DNA of 64,000 bases from Candidatus Daviesbacteria bacterium (lineage in GTDB: Bacteria; Patescibacteriota; Microgenomatia; Daviesbacterales; UBA10151): positions 546,634 through 610,633 of the forward strand of contig JAQTZF010000001.1 in the NCBI GenBank assembly GCA_028687915.1, written 5' to 3'. Below the pieces are notes generated by a model that was not told the origin of the DNA, ran no database searches, and saw nothing but the letters and a program-made list of their open reading frames with translations. Shown here piece after piece: positions 39,399-49,500 of the stretch (positions are counted from its first letter, which is position 1; each line of letters begins with the position of its first letter). Made by a program: the position numbers and the translations under genes.

Positions 39399-42119
39399 AT
39401 GAAAAATAGCAAAGCAAAATTAGATTTTACCGGAGAAAGGTTAATTCCAGAGATAAATAAAGGGGAATCCTTTTACTATGAACACTTGGCTAGATACTTG
39501 TTTGCAAGTTCTTTTGTAAAGGGTAAGAGGGTTTTAGATGCGGGATGTGGTAGTGGATATGGAAGTAATATATTAGCAAGTTACGGAGGCGCAGCTAAGG
39601 TAACTGCAGTGGATCAGTCTAGTGAAGCAATAAACTATGCTTCAGATAAATATAAGCGTTCAAATATAGAATTTATTGTTAGTGATATATTAAAACTTGA
39701 TATTTCTAAGGATAAAGCTGAAGTTATTACTGCTTTTGAAATTATTGAACATCTTAAAGAGTATTCCTTATTCCTGGAAGTATTAAAAAGTTCATTAAAA
39801 CCAAATGGATTACTAATTGTTTCAACACCAAATAAAAATGCTTCTACTCAAGATAATCCTTATCATACACAAGAATTTACTCCAGAACAGTTTGTTAATC
39901 TTTTAAAAAAGTATTTTAAATTTGTAAACATTTTTTATCAAGGCTATGAATTTTCTCAAGTTATAAAATCAAATGAAAAAATTGATTTTAAATTAGAGGA
40001 AGATTATATTAAGTTGCAACAAGATGTTTATGGGCCTAAAGCCAATACTAAAAATTCACAATATTTAGTTGCAGTGTGTAGTAACACTAAGAATCAATTA
40101 CAAACAAAGACTGTTTCAGTAAATACTGATCGTGTGGATAGCTATGATTTAACTCAGGGTTTAGTTTCTTTGGAAAAGCAATTTTCTACTCTACATAAAT
40201 TTATTGAAAGCCTGAATGAAAGAAATAAAAGAACGGAATTTGAATTAGATAGTGTAAGAGGAGAGTTGGATTATATTAAGTATTCAAAATTTTTTATTTT
40301 ATGGCCATATTACATAAAAGTTAGAGATGTATTTAGGTCGTTCGCAAGTTTTATTTTTAAACTTAAATTAATTGCGAATTTGAATTCAAATTTTGACGCT
40401 TATCAAAAATGGTTTGCTATTAATTATCCTTCTAAGAAAAAATTACTTCAACAGCAAAAAGAAGCTGAAGGATTTAAACTGAAACCAAAAATTTCTATTA
40501 TAACACCAACTTTTAACACCCCGGAAAGGTTTTTAAGAGATTGTATTGAATCAGTTCAAAATCAAAGTTATCAAAATTTTGAACTTTGTATCGCGGATGA
40601 TGCTTCAACTGATCCAAAAGTGAGAGAAATTATTAGAGAATATGCTCATAAAGATAAGCGGATTAAATATATTTTTCGAAAAGAGAATGGTCATATATCA
40701 CAGGCTTCAAACTCGGCACTAGAAATTGCTACTGGTGGATATATTGGGTTACTTGATCATGATGATATATTATGGCCTAACGCATTATTCGAGCTAGTAA
40801 AAGCGCTTAATAATCATCCCAAAGCAGAGTTTTTCTATTCAGACGAAGATAAACTAGATGAAGATGGTAGAACACATGTAAACCCATTTTTTAAACCAGA
40901 TTGGAGCCCGGATTATTTAAGATCAATTAATTATATTACTCATTTTTCTGTATTAAAAAGATCACTGGTAAATAAAATAAATGGATTTAGAGTTGGTTTT
41001 GAGGGATCTCAGGATTTGGATTTATTTTTAAGGGCAACTAATCAAATTGATGATTCTTCAAAAATTATCCATATTCCTACAATTCTATACAGTTGGAGAA
41101 AATCTCCTTTTTCTACTGCTTCAGAAAAGAATGGACTTTCTGTTAAAAGTTATGCTTACAGAAATCAGCAAAAAAGTTTAGTAGAAGATTTAAAATTAAG
41201 AGGTTATGTAGGGAATGTTGTGCAAACAAAGAATTTAGGTAGTTGGAGAGTACGTTATGATATTATAGGTAATCCACTGGTCTCTATTATTATTCCTACT
41301 AAAAATCAATTTAGAAATATTTCCAATTGTTTGAATTCAATTATTCAAAAATCTACTTATCGTAATTTTGAATTAATTATTTTAGATACTGGGTCTACAG
41401 AATCAGGCGTTCGAGATTTTTATGATTTGATTAAGAAAAAGCATCCTAAAACGCAAATAATTAATTGGACTAATGAGTTTAATTTTTCCTCTGTTTCAAA
41501 TTTTGGTGCTGAAAAAGCAAAGGGTGAATATTTAGTATTTTTAAATAATGATACTGAGGTAATTACGCCTGATTGGATTGAAAGCTTATTAGAACATGCT
41601 CAGCGTAAGGAGGTAGGGGCTGTTGGGGCAAAATTATTGTATCCAGATAAAAAAATTCAACATTTGGGAGGAGTATTGGGGGTATGCACTAACAAAGAAA
41701 AAAAAGGATTTGCGGGGCATGCTTATAAATACATTCCATCAGAAACTTTCATAAATTTTGATTCTTATGCTATAAAAAATTATAGCTTTGTGACAGCTGC
41801 ATGTTTAATGGTTTCAAAAAAGAAATTTAAAGAAGTAGGCGGTTTTGATGAAAAATTTAAAATAGCTTTTAATGACATAGATCTATGTTTAAAATTATAC
41901 AAAGATAAGAAATATTTTAATTTAATTAATCCTAATGCAGAACTATTTCATAAAGAATCTGCAACCATTCAAACTATAGATAAAAAAGAGCGCGATACTA
42001 ATCTATGGAGAAACGAAACTTTATTTTTTCATAATAAGTGGGGAGAGGTGGTGAGTAAGGATCCTTTTTATAATCCTCATCTGACTAAGGATAAAGAGGA
42101 CTTTAGTGTTGGAGTATAA
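39399..42119 (+). CDS. Trifunctional fusion: N-terminal SAM methyltransferase, coiled-coil linker and two GT2 glycosyltransferase domains
   Basis: The methyltransferase motif I is VLDAGCGSGYGSN. A coiled-coil-like segment of about 100 aa follows. The two GT2 modules are marked by ISIITPTFNTPERFLRDCIESVQNQSY...ADDASTD and VSIIIPTKNQ...LDTGST, each with a DxD. Confidence 0.7.
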   Translation: MKNSKAKLDFTGERLIPEINKGESFYYEHLARYLFASSFVKGKRVLDAGCGSGYGSNILASYGGAAKVTAVDQSSEAINYASDKYKRSNIEFIVSDILKLDISKDKAEVITAFEIIEHLKEYSLFLEVLKSSLKPNGLLIVSTPNKNASTQDNPYHTQEFTPEQFVNLLKKYFKFVNIFYQGYEFSQVIKSNEKIDFKLEEDYIKLQQDVYGPKANTKNSQYLVAVCSNTKNQLQTKTVSVNTDRVDSYDLTQGLVSLEKQFSTLHKFIESLNERNKRTEFELDSVRGELDYIKYSKFFILWPYYIKVRDVFRSFASFIFKLKLIANLNSNFDAYQKWFAINYPSKKKLLQQQKEAEGFKLKPKISIITPTFNTPERFLRDCIESVQNQSYQNFELCIADDASTDPKVREIIREYAHKDKRIKYIFRKENGHISQASNSALEIATGGYIGLLDHDDILWPNALFELVKALNNHPKAEFFYSDEDKLDEDGRTHVNPFFKPDWSPDYLRSINYITHFSVLKRSLVNKINGFRVGFEGSQDLDLFLRATNQIDDSSKIIHIPTILYSWRKSPFSTASEKNGLSVKSYAYRNQQKSLVEDLKLRGYVGNVVQTKNLGSWRVRYDIIGNPLVSIIIPTKNQFRNISNCLNSIIQKSTYRNFELIILDTGSTESGVRDFYDLIKKKHPKTQIINWTNEFNFSSVSNFGAEKAKGEYLVFLNNDTEVITPDWIESLLEHAQRKEVGAVGAKLLYPDKKIQHLGGVLGVCTNKEKKGFAGHAYKYIPSETFINFDSYAIKNYSFVTAACLMVSKKKFKEVGGFDEKFKIAFNDIDLCLKLYKDKKYFNLINPNAELFHKESATIQTIDKKERDTNLWRNETLFFHNKWGEVVSKDPFYNPHLTKDKEDFSVGV

Positions 42120-43101
42120 AATGGTAGATGTTTCTGTAATAATTCCAAATTGGAACGGAGCAGATTTGCTATTTGATTGTCTAGTATCCTTAAAGAAACA
42201 GACATATAAGAATTTTGAAATAATTGTTGTAGACAATGGTTCAACAGACACTTCTGTAAATTTTATTAAAGAAAATTATCCAAAAATAAAGATAGTTATT
42301 TTAGATAGGAATTATGGATTTGCAAAAGCGATTAATAGTGGTGTTAAATTATCTAAAGCTAAGTATGTAGCTTTTTTAAATAATGACACAGAGGTAGATA
42401 AAAGCTGGTTAAATAATTTAGTAAAAACTATAGATAAACATCCTGAGGCTGCTTCGGTTGGATCAAAATTATTAAATTTTTATAACAGAAAAATTATTGA
42501 TGGAGTAGGTATTCAAATTAATGAGGTGGGACAGGCAAAATCAATTGGCTGGAATGAAAAAGACAAAGGTCAATACGAAAAAGAAATGTTAGTATTTGGT
42601 GTAACAGGAGGCGCTTCTCTTTTTCGGAGATCTATATTTATTAAAGTAGGAATGTTTGATGAAAACTATTTTATGTACTGCGAAGAAGTTGACTGGGCTT
42701 TTAGGGCACAGTTTTCAGGATACAAGGCAATTTATTGTCCGAATGCTATTGTTTATCATAAACATAAAATGTCCTCCAAAAAAACACCACAACATTTGGA
42801 ATATTGGCAATTTAGAAATATGACACAAACAATAATTAAAGATTTTCCAATGAATATCTTATTAAAACAAGGAAGATGGTTAAAAATAGTTTTGGTCCAT
42901 TTAAATACCTATATTTATATGTTTAAAAATGGTTTTTATTGGCCATCACTTTTAGCCGATTTTTGGATAATATTACACTTACCAATTCTTTTAAAAATGC
43001 GTTTTAGCATTCAGAGTTCCAAAAAGATTAAAGATGATGAAATCGAGAAATTTTTGTTTTCTAAAAATATTACATATTGGGGTTTATTAAAAAAGAAATA
43101 A
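42106..43101 (+). CDS. Family 2 glycosyltransferase
   Basis: VSVIIPNWNGADLLFDCLVSLKKQTYKNFEIIVVDNGSTDTS is a GT2 domain. Confidence 0.7.
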   Translation: MLEYKMVDVSVIIPNWNGADLLFDCLVSLKKQTYKNFEIIVVDNGSTDTSVNFIKENYPKIKIVILDRNYGFAKAINSGVKLSKAKYVAFLNNDTEVDKSWLNNLVKTIDKHPEAASVGSKLLNFYNRKIIDGVGIQINEVGQAKSIGWNEKDKGQYEKEMLVFGVTGGASLFRRSIFIKVGMFDENYFMYCEEVDWAFRAQFSGYKAIYCPNAIVYHKHKMSSKKTPQHLEYWQFRNMTQTIIKDFPMNILLKQGRWLKIVLVHLNTYIYMFKNGFYWPSLLADFWIILHLPILLKMRFSIQSSKKIKDDEIEKFLFSKNITYWGLLKKK

Positions 43102-43108
43102 TTTTTTA

Positions 43109-43849
43109 TTAAGATTTGTAAGTTACTTTACGTGTAACTTGTATTGAGTTTCCTGCAATATCTGTGGCAATAATAGTGATATTGTTCTCTCCTTCATTTA
43201 TATCTATGGTTCTGGAGAATTTGCCATCAGAATCTACAATTGTTCTGGTTCCATTTATAGTAATGGAGATATCTTTGTCGGAATTTGTTTTTCCAGTGAC
43301 AGTAACCTTTTTGTCTCCTCCATTAATTTCTTGATTATCTGTGGGAGATTGAATCTCCAATATAGGTTTCTCGTTTGAATAAACAATTAATATTGGTTTT
43401 GAAGAAAGGCTTTTATTGCCATTACTGTCAATTGTTATTCCTGAAATTTTATTAGTACCTAAACTTAGATCAATAGGTTCACTCACAAAGCTTCCGTCAC
43501 CACTTGTATCAATAGATGATTTTAGTTCTCCGTCTAAGTATATTTCTACTTTTGTATTTGAAAGAGAATAGCCTTTGACAAGGATTTGTGCTGACGATGT
43601 TGCTTCATAAGGAATATTTAAAACAGGAGGAGCAAGGGATGCGTTTTCTGTGATTGATTCTTGAGATTTAACAGGTTCTTTAAAGCGGTTCAACAAAGAA
43701 AGGCTACCTATAAAGTTTGGGATAAACCAGGCAACTAATATATATAGTAAAACTGCACAAATTATTAAGGTTAAATAAAATCTCTTTTTGCTTTTTCTTT
43801 CCAGTCTTCTTGATAAAAATGATTTATTTGAATATTTTTTACGTTTCAT
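43109..43849 (-). CDS. Membrane-anchored surface protein with tandem Ig-like/beta-sandwich repeats
   Basis: An N-terminal TM helix is followed by repeated segments of the form KVTVTGKTNSDKDISITINGT / NKISGITIDSNGN, which are typical of bacterial Ig-like domains. Confidence 0.4.
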   Translation of the reverse strand: MKRKKYSNKSFLSRRLERKSKKRFYLTLIICAVLLYILVAWFIPNFIGSLSLLNRFKEPVKSQESITENASLAPPVLNIPYEATSSAQILVKGYSLSNTKVEIYLDGELKSSIDTSGDGSFVSEPIDLSLGTNKISGITIDSNGNKSLSSKPILIVYSNEKPILEIQSPTDNQEINGGDKKVTVTGKTNSDKDISITINGTRTIVDSDGKFSRTIDINEGENNITIIATDIAGNSIQVTRKVTYKS

Positions 43850-43863
43850 ATTAATTGTTACTC

Positions 43864-43883
43864 TCGGAGCCAGCGGTGAGAAT
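43864..43883 (-). repeat. 20-nt direct repeat of the 3' end of tRNA-Thr (TCGGAGCCAGCGGTGAGAAT), 68 nt downstream of the tRNA
   Basis: The 20-mer is identical at 43864-43883 and at 43952-43971. The second copy overlaps the tRNA-Thr T-loop and acceptor 3' end. Confidence 0.8.
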
Positions 43884-43955
43884 AAGATAGGCTTGTGCTG
43901 CGCAAGCTTAGCACACTTCCTTCTTTATCACACCTTGTCTCCTCATTGCTTTCGG

Positions 43956-44027
43956 AGCCAGCGGTGAGAATTGAACTCACGACCCATCCCTTACGAAGGG
44001 AGCGCTCTACCGCTGAGCTACGCTGGC
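43956..44027 (-). tRNA. tRNA-Thr (anticodon CGU)
   Basis: Reverse-complemented, it folds as acceptor GCCAGCG/CGCTGGC, D-arm GCTC-AGCGGTA-GAGC, anticodon loop TTCGTAA, T-arm GTGAG-TTCAATT-CTCAC, discriminator U. Confidence 0.75.
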
Positions 44028-44133
44028 AGTATTATGCCAAACTGTTTATACATTTTACAAAAAAATACAAAGGTTTACGAGTCATCAGTTAGGTAGACAG
44101 GCTTTTAAAAAATACATAGAATAAGAAGAACAT

Positions 44134-45777
44134 ATGTTTTCTTATTCAACCTTAATATATATTATTTCCTCAGCTGTAACCTATGCTCTAATTTACTTTC
44201 ATCTATCTACTGCAAATTTTCAGCAAATAACAGCTGTATTACTTTTTGCGATATTAATATTGTTAGGGCGAATTATGATGGTTCGCAATGATTTTGTATT
44301 TGGAAAGTTAGGGTACTTTATTGGATTGTTTTTAAGTTCATTTTTTGTGCAGATATTAATTTTGGCTACAGGGGGAATATATAGTTCTTTTTTGATTTTG
44401 ATACATCTTTTTACTTTAGGATCTAGCTTTTTGGTAAATATTTCTTCATCAATGGTTTTTTTAGCATTAACACTATCAATTTTAGTTACAAGCATATATT
44501 CAAATCCGCAAATGTTAGCTATTTTTAAAGATGATCCCGGGTCAGCAGCTTTATACTTTATTTCATTTATAGTCATTCTTCCAATGGCGCAATATATTGT
44601 TTATAGATATCACCTAAAAGATACGATCTTTAAAGTTATAAAAGAATATGCAGAAACAGGGGAACAAAGAGAAGCCTCGATACTAAATAATATTGCTGAA
44701 TTAGTTGTAGTTACAGATAAAAATTTACAAATTCTTTCAATCAACGAAGCTTTAGAACAATCTCTTAATATTGTTCAGGAAGACTGTATAGGCCGCTCTA
44801 TATTAGAAATAGTGCCTCTAAAGAATGAGAAAAATGAAAGTGTCACTATGGATGAATTATCTATTTCTCAAGTATTAGCAGATAAGGCAACCAGAATTAT
44901 GGATGGGTTTTACTACAAAGAGCTAAAAAGCTCTAAACTTCGTTCTATTGCTATTCAAATTCGTCCTGTTTTAGATTCTAACGGGGTAGTTAGTCAGATT
45001 GTCTTTTTAATAACTAACCCCCGAAGAAATGCTGAGCTGCAACGACATGCTGATTTACAAGAAGCATTTACAAAACAAAAATTAATGTTTGAAGATTTAA
45101 AAAGCACATTAATTAAGGCAGGGTTAAATAATATTATCTCTAAGGTTGAACTTTTTAATAAATCAGAGACTGACTTGGTGTTGGCTTATGAAATTCAGGA
45201 TCATTCAATAAAACCTGTAATAAGTCCGGATGATATTGCTCTTATTGGTAAACAGGCTGTTGCCAGTAAACAAGCATTGGCACAACATTTAGGTGTAAGT
45301 ATTCAATTTATTTTGCCAAAAGAAGAAATAGCTGAAGCTAGTCGGTTAAGTTTAATTGACACTCATGTGGAAGCAGAAGCTTTGCCTTTATCATCTTTTA
45401 CAGCTCCTGTAGATAAAGCATGGTTTATGGTTTTGCTTCAAAAGTTATTAGATATTAGTTTGCTACTTGCCTCAGAGAAAACTAATCAACAAATAGACCT
45501 GTTAGTCAGACACTCTGTTTCAGATGAAAATATAATAGAGTTGGTGATATCTACACCATACCAAAGTATTTCTGATCAAGAAATAGATAAGCTTTTTATT
45601 CAATATTATCCCGATTTTACAACCAGAAGTAATCTTTATTTAGGAAGTGGTTTAGAGGGTTATATTGCTAAAAACATTATTAATCATTTGAATATCCCTT
45701 TTGTGGCACAATTTAATCCAGCAAAGTCTATACTTACATTTACTTTTACAATTACAAAAACACTTGATTTGCTATAA
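44134..45777 (+). CDS. Membrane sensor protein with PAS domain and histidine-kinase-like ATPase C-terminus
   Basis: About 5 N-terminal TM helices are followed by a PAS-like segment (NIAELVVVTDKNLQILSINEAL...CIGRSILEI). The C-terminal region has a G2-box-like GSGLEGYIAKNII. No clear H-box was seen. Confidence 0.45.
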   Translation: MFSYSTLIYIISSAVTYALIYFHLSTANFQQITAVLLFAILILLGRIMMVRNDFVFGKLGYFIGLFLSSFFVQILILATGGIYSSFLILIHLFTLGSSFLVNISSSMVFLALTLSILVTSIYSNPQMLAIFKDDPGSAALYFISFIVILPMAQYIVYRYHLKDTIFKVIKEYAETGEQREASILNNIAELVVVTDKNLQILSINEALEQSLNIVQEDCIGRSILEIVPLKNEKNESVTMDELSISQVLADKATRIMDGFYYKELKSSKLRSIAIQIRPVLDSNGVVSQIVFLITNPRRNAELQRHADLQEAFTKQKLMFEDLKSTLIKAGLNNIISKVELFNKSETDLVLAYEIQDHSIKPVISPDDIALIGKQAVASKQALAQHLGVSIQFILPKEEIAEASRLSLIDTHVEAEALPLSSFTAPVDKAWFMVLLQKLLDISLLLASEKTNQQIDLLVRHSVSDENIIELVISTPYQSISDQEIDKLFIQYYPDFTTRSNLYLGSGLEGYIAKNIINHLNIPFVAQFNPAKSILTFTFTITKTLDLL

Positions 45778-45839
45778 GCCTTTTAGATCGTTGACAATTA
45801 TTAGTTAGAATGTATTAATTAATAAAGACTATAAAATAA

Positions 45840-46508
45840 ATGGCGAGAGCTAAACAATCAACAATTAGTGTTTTGAGGCATTTTTCTTTTGCTCAAAATA
45901 GCAATGTGAAATTAGCTGTTTTGACCTCTGTTTTAAGCTTGGTTTTATTCTTTACAGTTGCATCTTTATCACCTTTTAAAAATATGCTGCTGTCATCGCT
46001 TTTTCCCAAACAAGCATCATACGCTTCAATTACTTCTACACCAGCTCCTACCACTGGTTTAAATTTATTGAAAAATGGTTCTTTTGAAGAAGGAGTGGCT
46101 CCCTGGTTTCTAAATGTTACACCTCCAGCAGCAGGTAGTTTATTATCAGCAACAAATACCGCAATTGACGGGAGATCTTCTGCTACAGTCAATATTAACT
46201 CTAATGCATCGCAATCTTGGTATGTACAATTCCGCCAGGACAACCTTTCTCTTCTTGCTGGTAAATCTTATACTCTTACTTTTTGGGCAAAAGCAGATAA
46301 GCGATTAAAAATTGATTATGCATTACAGCAAATGGAGAGTCCTTATACAGTATATTTTGGGAAGTCAATAAATTTATCAACAAAATGGCAAAAGTATAGT
46401 TACTTTTACAATGCGACAGCTAACTTAAGTAATGTTTTTCTCGGCTTTAACTTAGCTAGTACAAAAGCCAGTATTTGGATAGATAATGTTTCACTTGTTT
46501 CAAACTAA
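45840..46508 (+). CDS. Secreted carbohydrate-binding module protein (CBM4/9/22-like)
   Basis: A signal/TM region is followed by LLKNGSFEEGVAPW...SWYVQFRQDNLSLLAGKSYTLTFWAKAD, the classic CBM_4_9 beta-sandwich pattern. Confidence 0.55.
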   Translation: MARAKQSTISVLRHFSFAQNSNVKLAVLTSVLSLVLFFTVASLSPFKNMLLSSLFPKQASYASITSTPAPTTGLNLLKNGSFEEGVAPWFLNVTPPAAGSLLSATNTAIDGRSSATVNINSNASQSWYVQFRQDNLSLLAGKSYTLTFWAKADKRLKIDYALQQMESPYTVYFGKSINLSTKWQKYSYFYNATANLSNVFLGFNLASTKASIWIDNVSLVSN

Positions 46509-46512
46509 AAAT

Positions 46513-49500
46513 ATGGATTCTTTACAGAAAGCTGATAATCGTTTGCATAGGTTTATAAGAAGATTTTCAAAAAAGCACCTTATTCTTTTTGTTCTGATTC
46601 TGTCTGTTATTTCTATATCAATGGTTGTGTTTATTGGTAATCAACTAAACCCCTCTGTTTCTATTGCCTCTGAGAGCTTAATTTATAGTGACTCACTATC
46701 CTCTGGTTGGTATAACTGGTCATGGAGTGCTAATATAGATTTCTTTTCTACCACTATAGTTAGGTCTGGAAATACTTCAATTGCCTTTACACCACAAGCC
46801 TGGGGTGGATTATCTCCAGCTATGGCCAGTGGAACACTGGATACAAATCCCTATACCAATTTACGTTTTTATATTAATGGAGGATCTGCTGGTGGACAAC
46901 GATTAAATATTGAAATTCGTAATGGAGATATAGTTGGTCCATCAATTAATATTAATAATTATATTGAAGGGGGTAGTATTGCAGCTAATCAATGGAGAAA
47001 AGTAGATATTCCATTAAGTATATTAAAAGGGAGTGTTTTAACTAATGGGATAATTAATAGAATTGCTTTAAAAGAAGCACTTGGTATTTCTGAATCAACT
47101 GTATATATTGATGATCTTGGCTTTTATACTGCAGCTGTTTTAACTCCTACTCCAACTTTAACCTCAACCCCTACAGTAACCCCAATACCTACCAATACTG
47201 TTACTCCTTCTCCTACCTCCAGTATCTCTTCACCAGTAATTTATTCTGATTCTTTAGCAAAAGGATGGGCAAACTGGTCGTGGAGTTCAACAGTTAACCT
47301 GTCTTCAACAAAGAATTCTTATTCAGGCAATAGATCTATAGCCTTTACCCCTGCAGGTGGGGGTGGATTTTCTCCTGCCTTAACAAGCGGTTCTTTTGAT
47401 ATTTCTCCATATAACCAAATTACCTTTTATATAAACGGAGGAACAGTTGGAAATCAATTATTTGCACTTGAATTACGAGATAGTTCAACTATTGGACCAA
47501 GGGTGCCGATAAATAATTATATTGAAGGAGGTAGAGTTGCAGCTAATCAATGGAAAAAGGTGGCTATCCCACTAAGTGTTTTAAAGGGTTCTGTTTTAGG
47601 AAATTCAATAAACAGGTTAGCTTTGGTGTCGACAAGCGGATCTTCTCAGGACACTGTTTATCTTGAAGATATAATTTTTGTGAATGGGTCGGATATTATT
47701 ACTCCTCTACCAACCTCCACTATCATTCCTACTATAACGCCTACACCAACCTTAAGCATAACTCCCACAAGAATAAATACACCAACCCCAACAAGTGTAA
47801 TTACTGTTTCTCCTTCTCCAACAGTCACAGCACCACCAATAACTGAAGTATGTACAGCTTCACTTGCAGCTTGGTCTGCATCTGCAAACCCGGTAATTGA
47901 AGGAACTTTAACTAACTTAAATGTAATTACCTCTGGTAACTGTGATGGAAAAACAGTGTCTTTTGAGGTTTGGGCGGCAACCGGTGTTGCAGGGGTTGGA
48001 GATACCAGATCGCGTGTTTCGCCATCCAATGCTGTAATTGTGAATAATCAGGCTACTGGTTCTTGGGTAGCAGAATATATTCAGCCTGCACAAGTAGGTG
48101 TATTTCAGCAAATAGTTTCTTTCTTTGAAAATATTATTACACCACAAGCAGCTACTGCTTCAGAGTATTACTTTAAGGTAAATATGGTTGGTGATACACA
48201 TACAGTAACTTCTGCAGATCCAAAAATGGTTGTTAATCAGCAACCACCTGTACCCAGTGGCGATGTAGTTAGTATTAATACTGAAAGTACAGTAGGGACA
48301 ATCAGTGCTGATTTTTATGGTAACAATTTAACTCCGTATGGTGGACCATCTATGACTAAAAATCAAAATTTTATTAATAAAGTTGCTCCCTTGAAATACA
48401 ACACAATAAGAATTCCTGGTGGGTATGAGGCTGATGGTTATCATTGGTGGAATGGAACAATGCAAGTTTTAGCTGACAGAGGTTATATGTGGACTGGCAC
48501 TCCTCCACAGCTTGTAGATTACCTATACTTTACAGAATCAGTTGGAGCAAAGCCTATGATTACCGTTAATTACAGAAGCGGTACTCCCAGAGAAGCTGCT
48601 AACTGGGTGGAATATATGAATAGTCCGGTGCCTGCAAATCCTGGTGCAGGATGGACCACATCCTCTTATGCTGGTAATCAGGCAGCTCCAAAAGGCTATT
48701 TTGCTTGGTTAAGAGCTCAACCGGGGCCAACAACAACATGCAAAGTTTGTGCTGGACATCCAGCTCCTTATGGGGCAAAGTATTGGGAAGTTGGTAATGA
48801 AATTTACTATCATAGGGATGGAAACAGAAATTTAATAGATAATCCAGAACATTATGCTGTTGCCTATGTTCCGTTTGCTGATGCTATGAAAGCAGTAGAT
48901 CCTTCTATAAAAGTAGGCTTTGTTATGGAAGCTTATGATAAATATGTAGGTTCCTGGACTGATAGATCAATAAAGGCATTGGCTGCCAATAATACTCTTG
49001 GAAAGGTAGACTTTCTTGTTGTTCATTGGTATAGATATTGGGATGATGGTTCATATAATACATGGGGTATTGAACGTCAGCAGAATGCGGCGTATGGGCA
49101 TAATGATTTTGTAAAATACGCAGGTTCTTACCCTAAGATTGCAGCAGATTGGATGAGAGGATTGCTTGAGGCTGCTTCTCCGGGTAGCTCTAATAGAATT
49201 GAGTTAAATTTGACGGAGTGGGGGCCAAATTCCGGTGAACCCTGTGATTGGGATGTCTTAAGTATATACAGCCATTTATTTGCCATGCGAACCCTGGCAG
49301 AGGCACAGTTGTCAAATTATTTTTCTACAACCTACTGGAATATTAACCAAGGTACTAGTAATTTCTCTATGATCCAAGATAATTATCAAGTTGGACCAAT
49401 TTACTGGGCATTTGACATGATGAAAGATTTTGGAAGAGGTGGAGATAAACTGGTTTCTGCTTCTTCTGGTAATCCAAATGTTTATACTTATGCTTCAAAA

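Noticed and set aside
43895-44092. 65-aa ORF on the plus strand.
   Set aside because: It lies antisense across tRNA-Thr and its 3' repeat, and its sequence is dictated by the tRNA. It is spurious.
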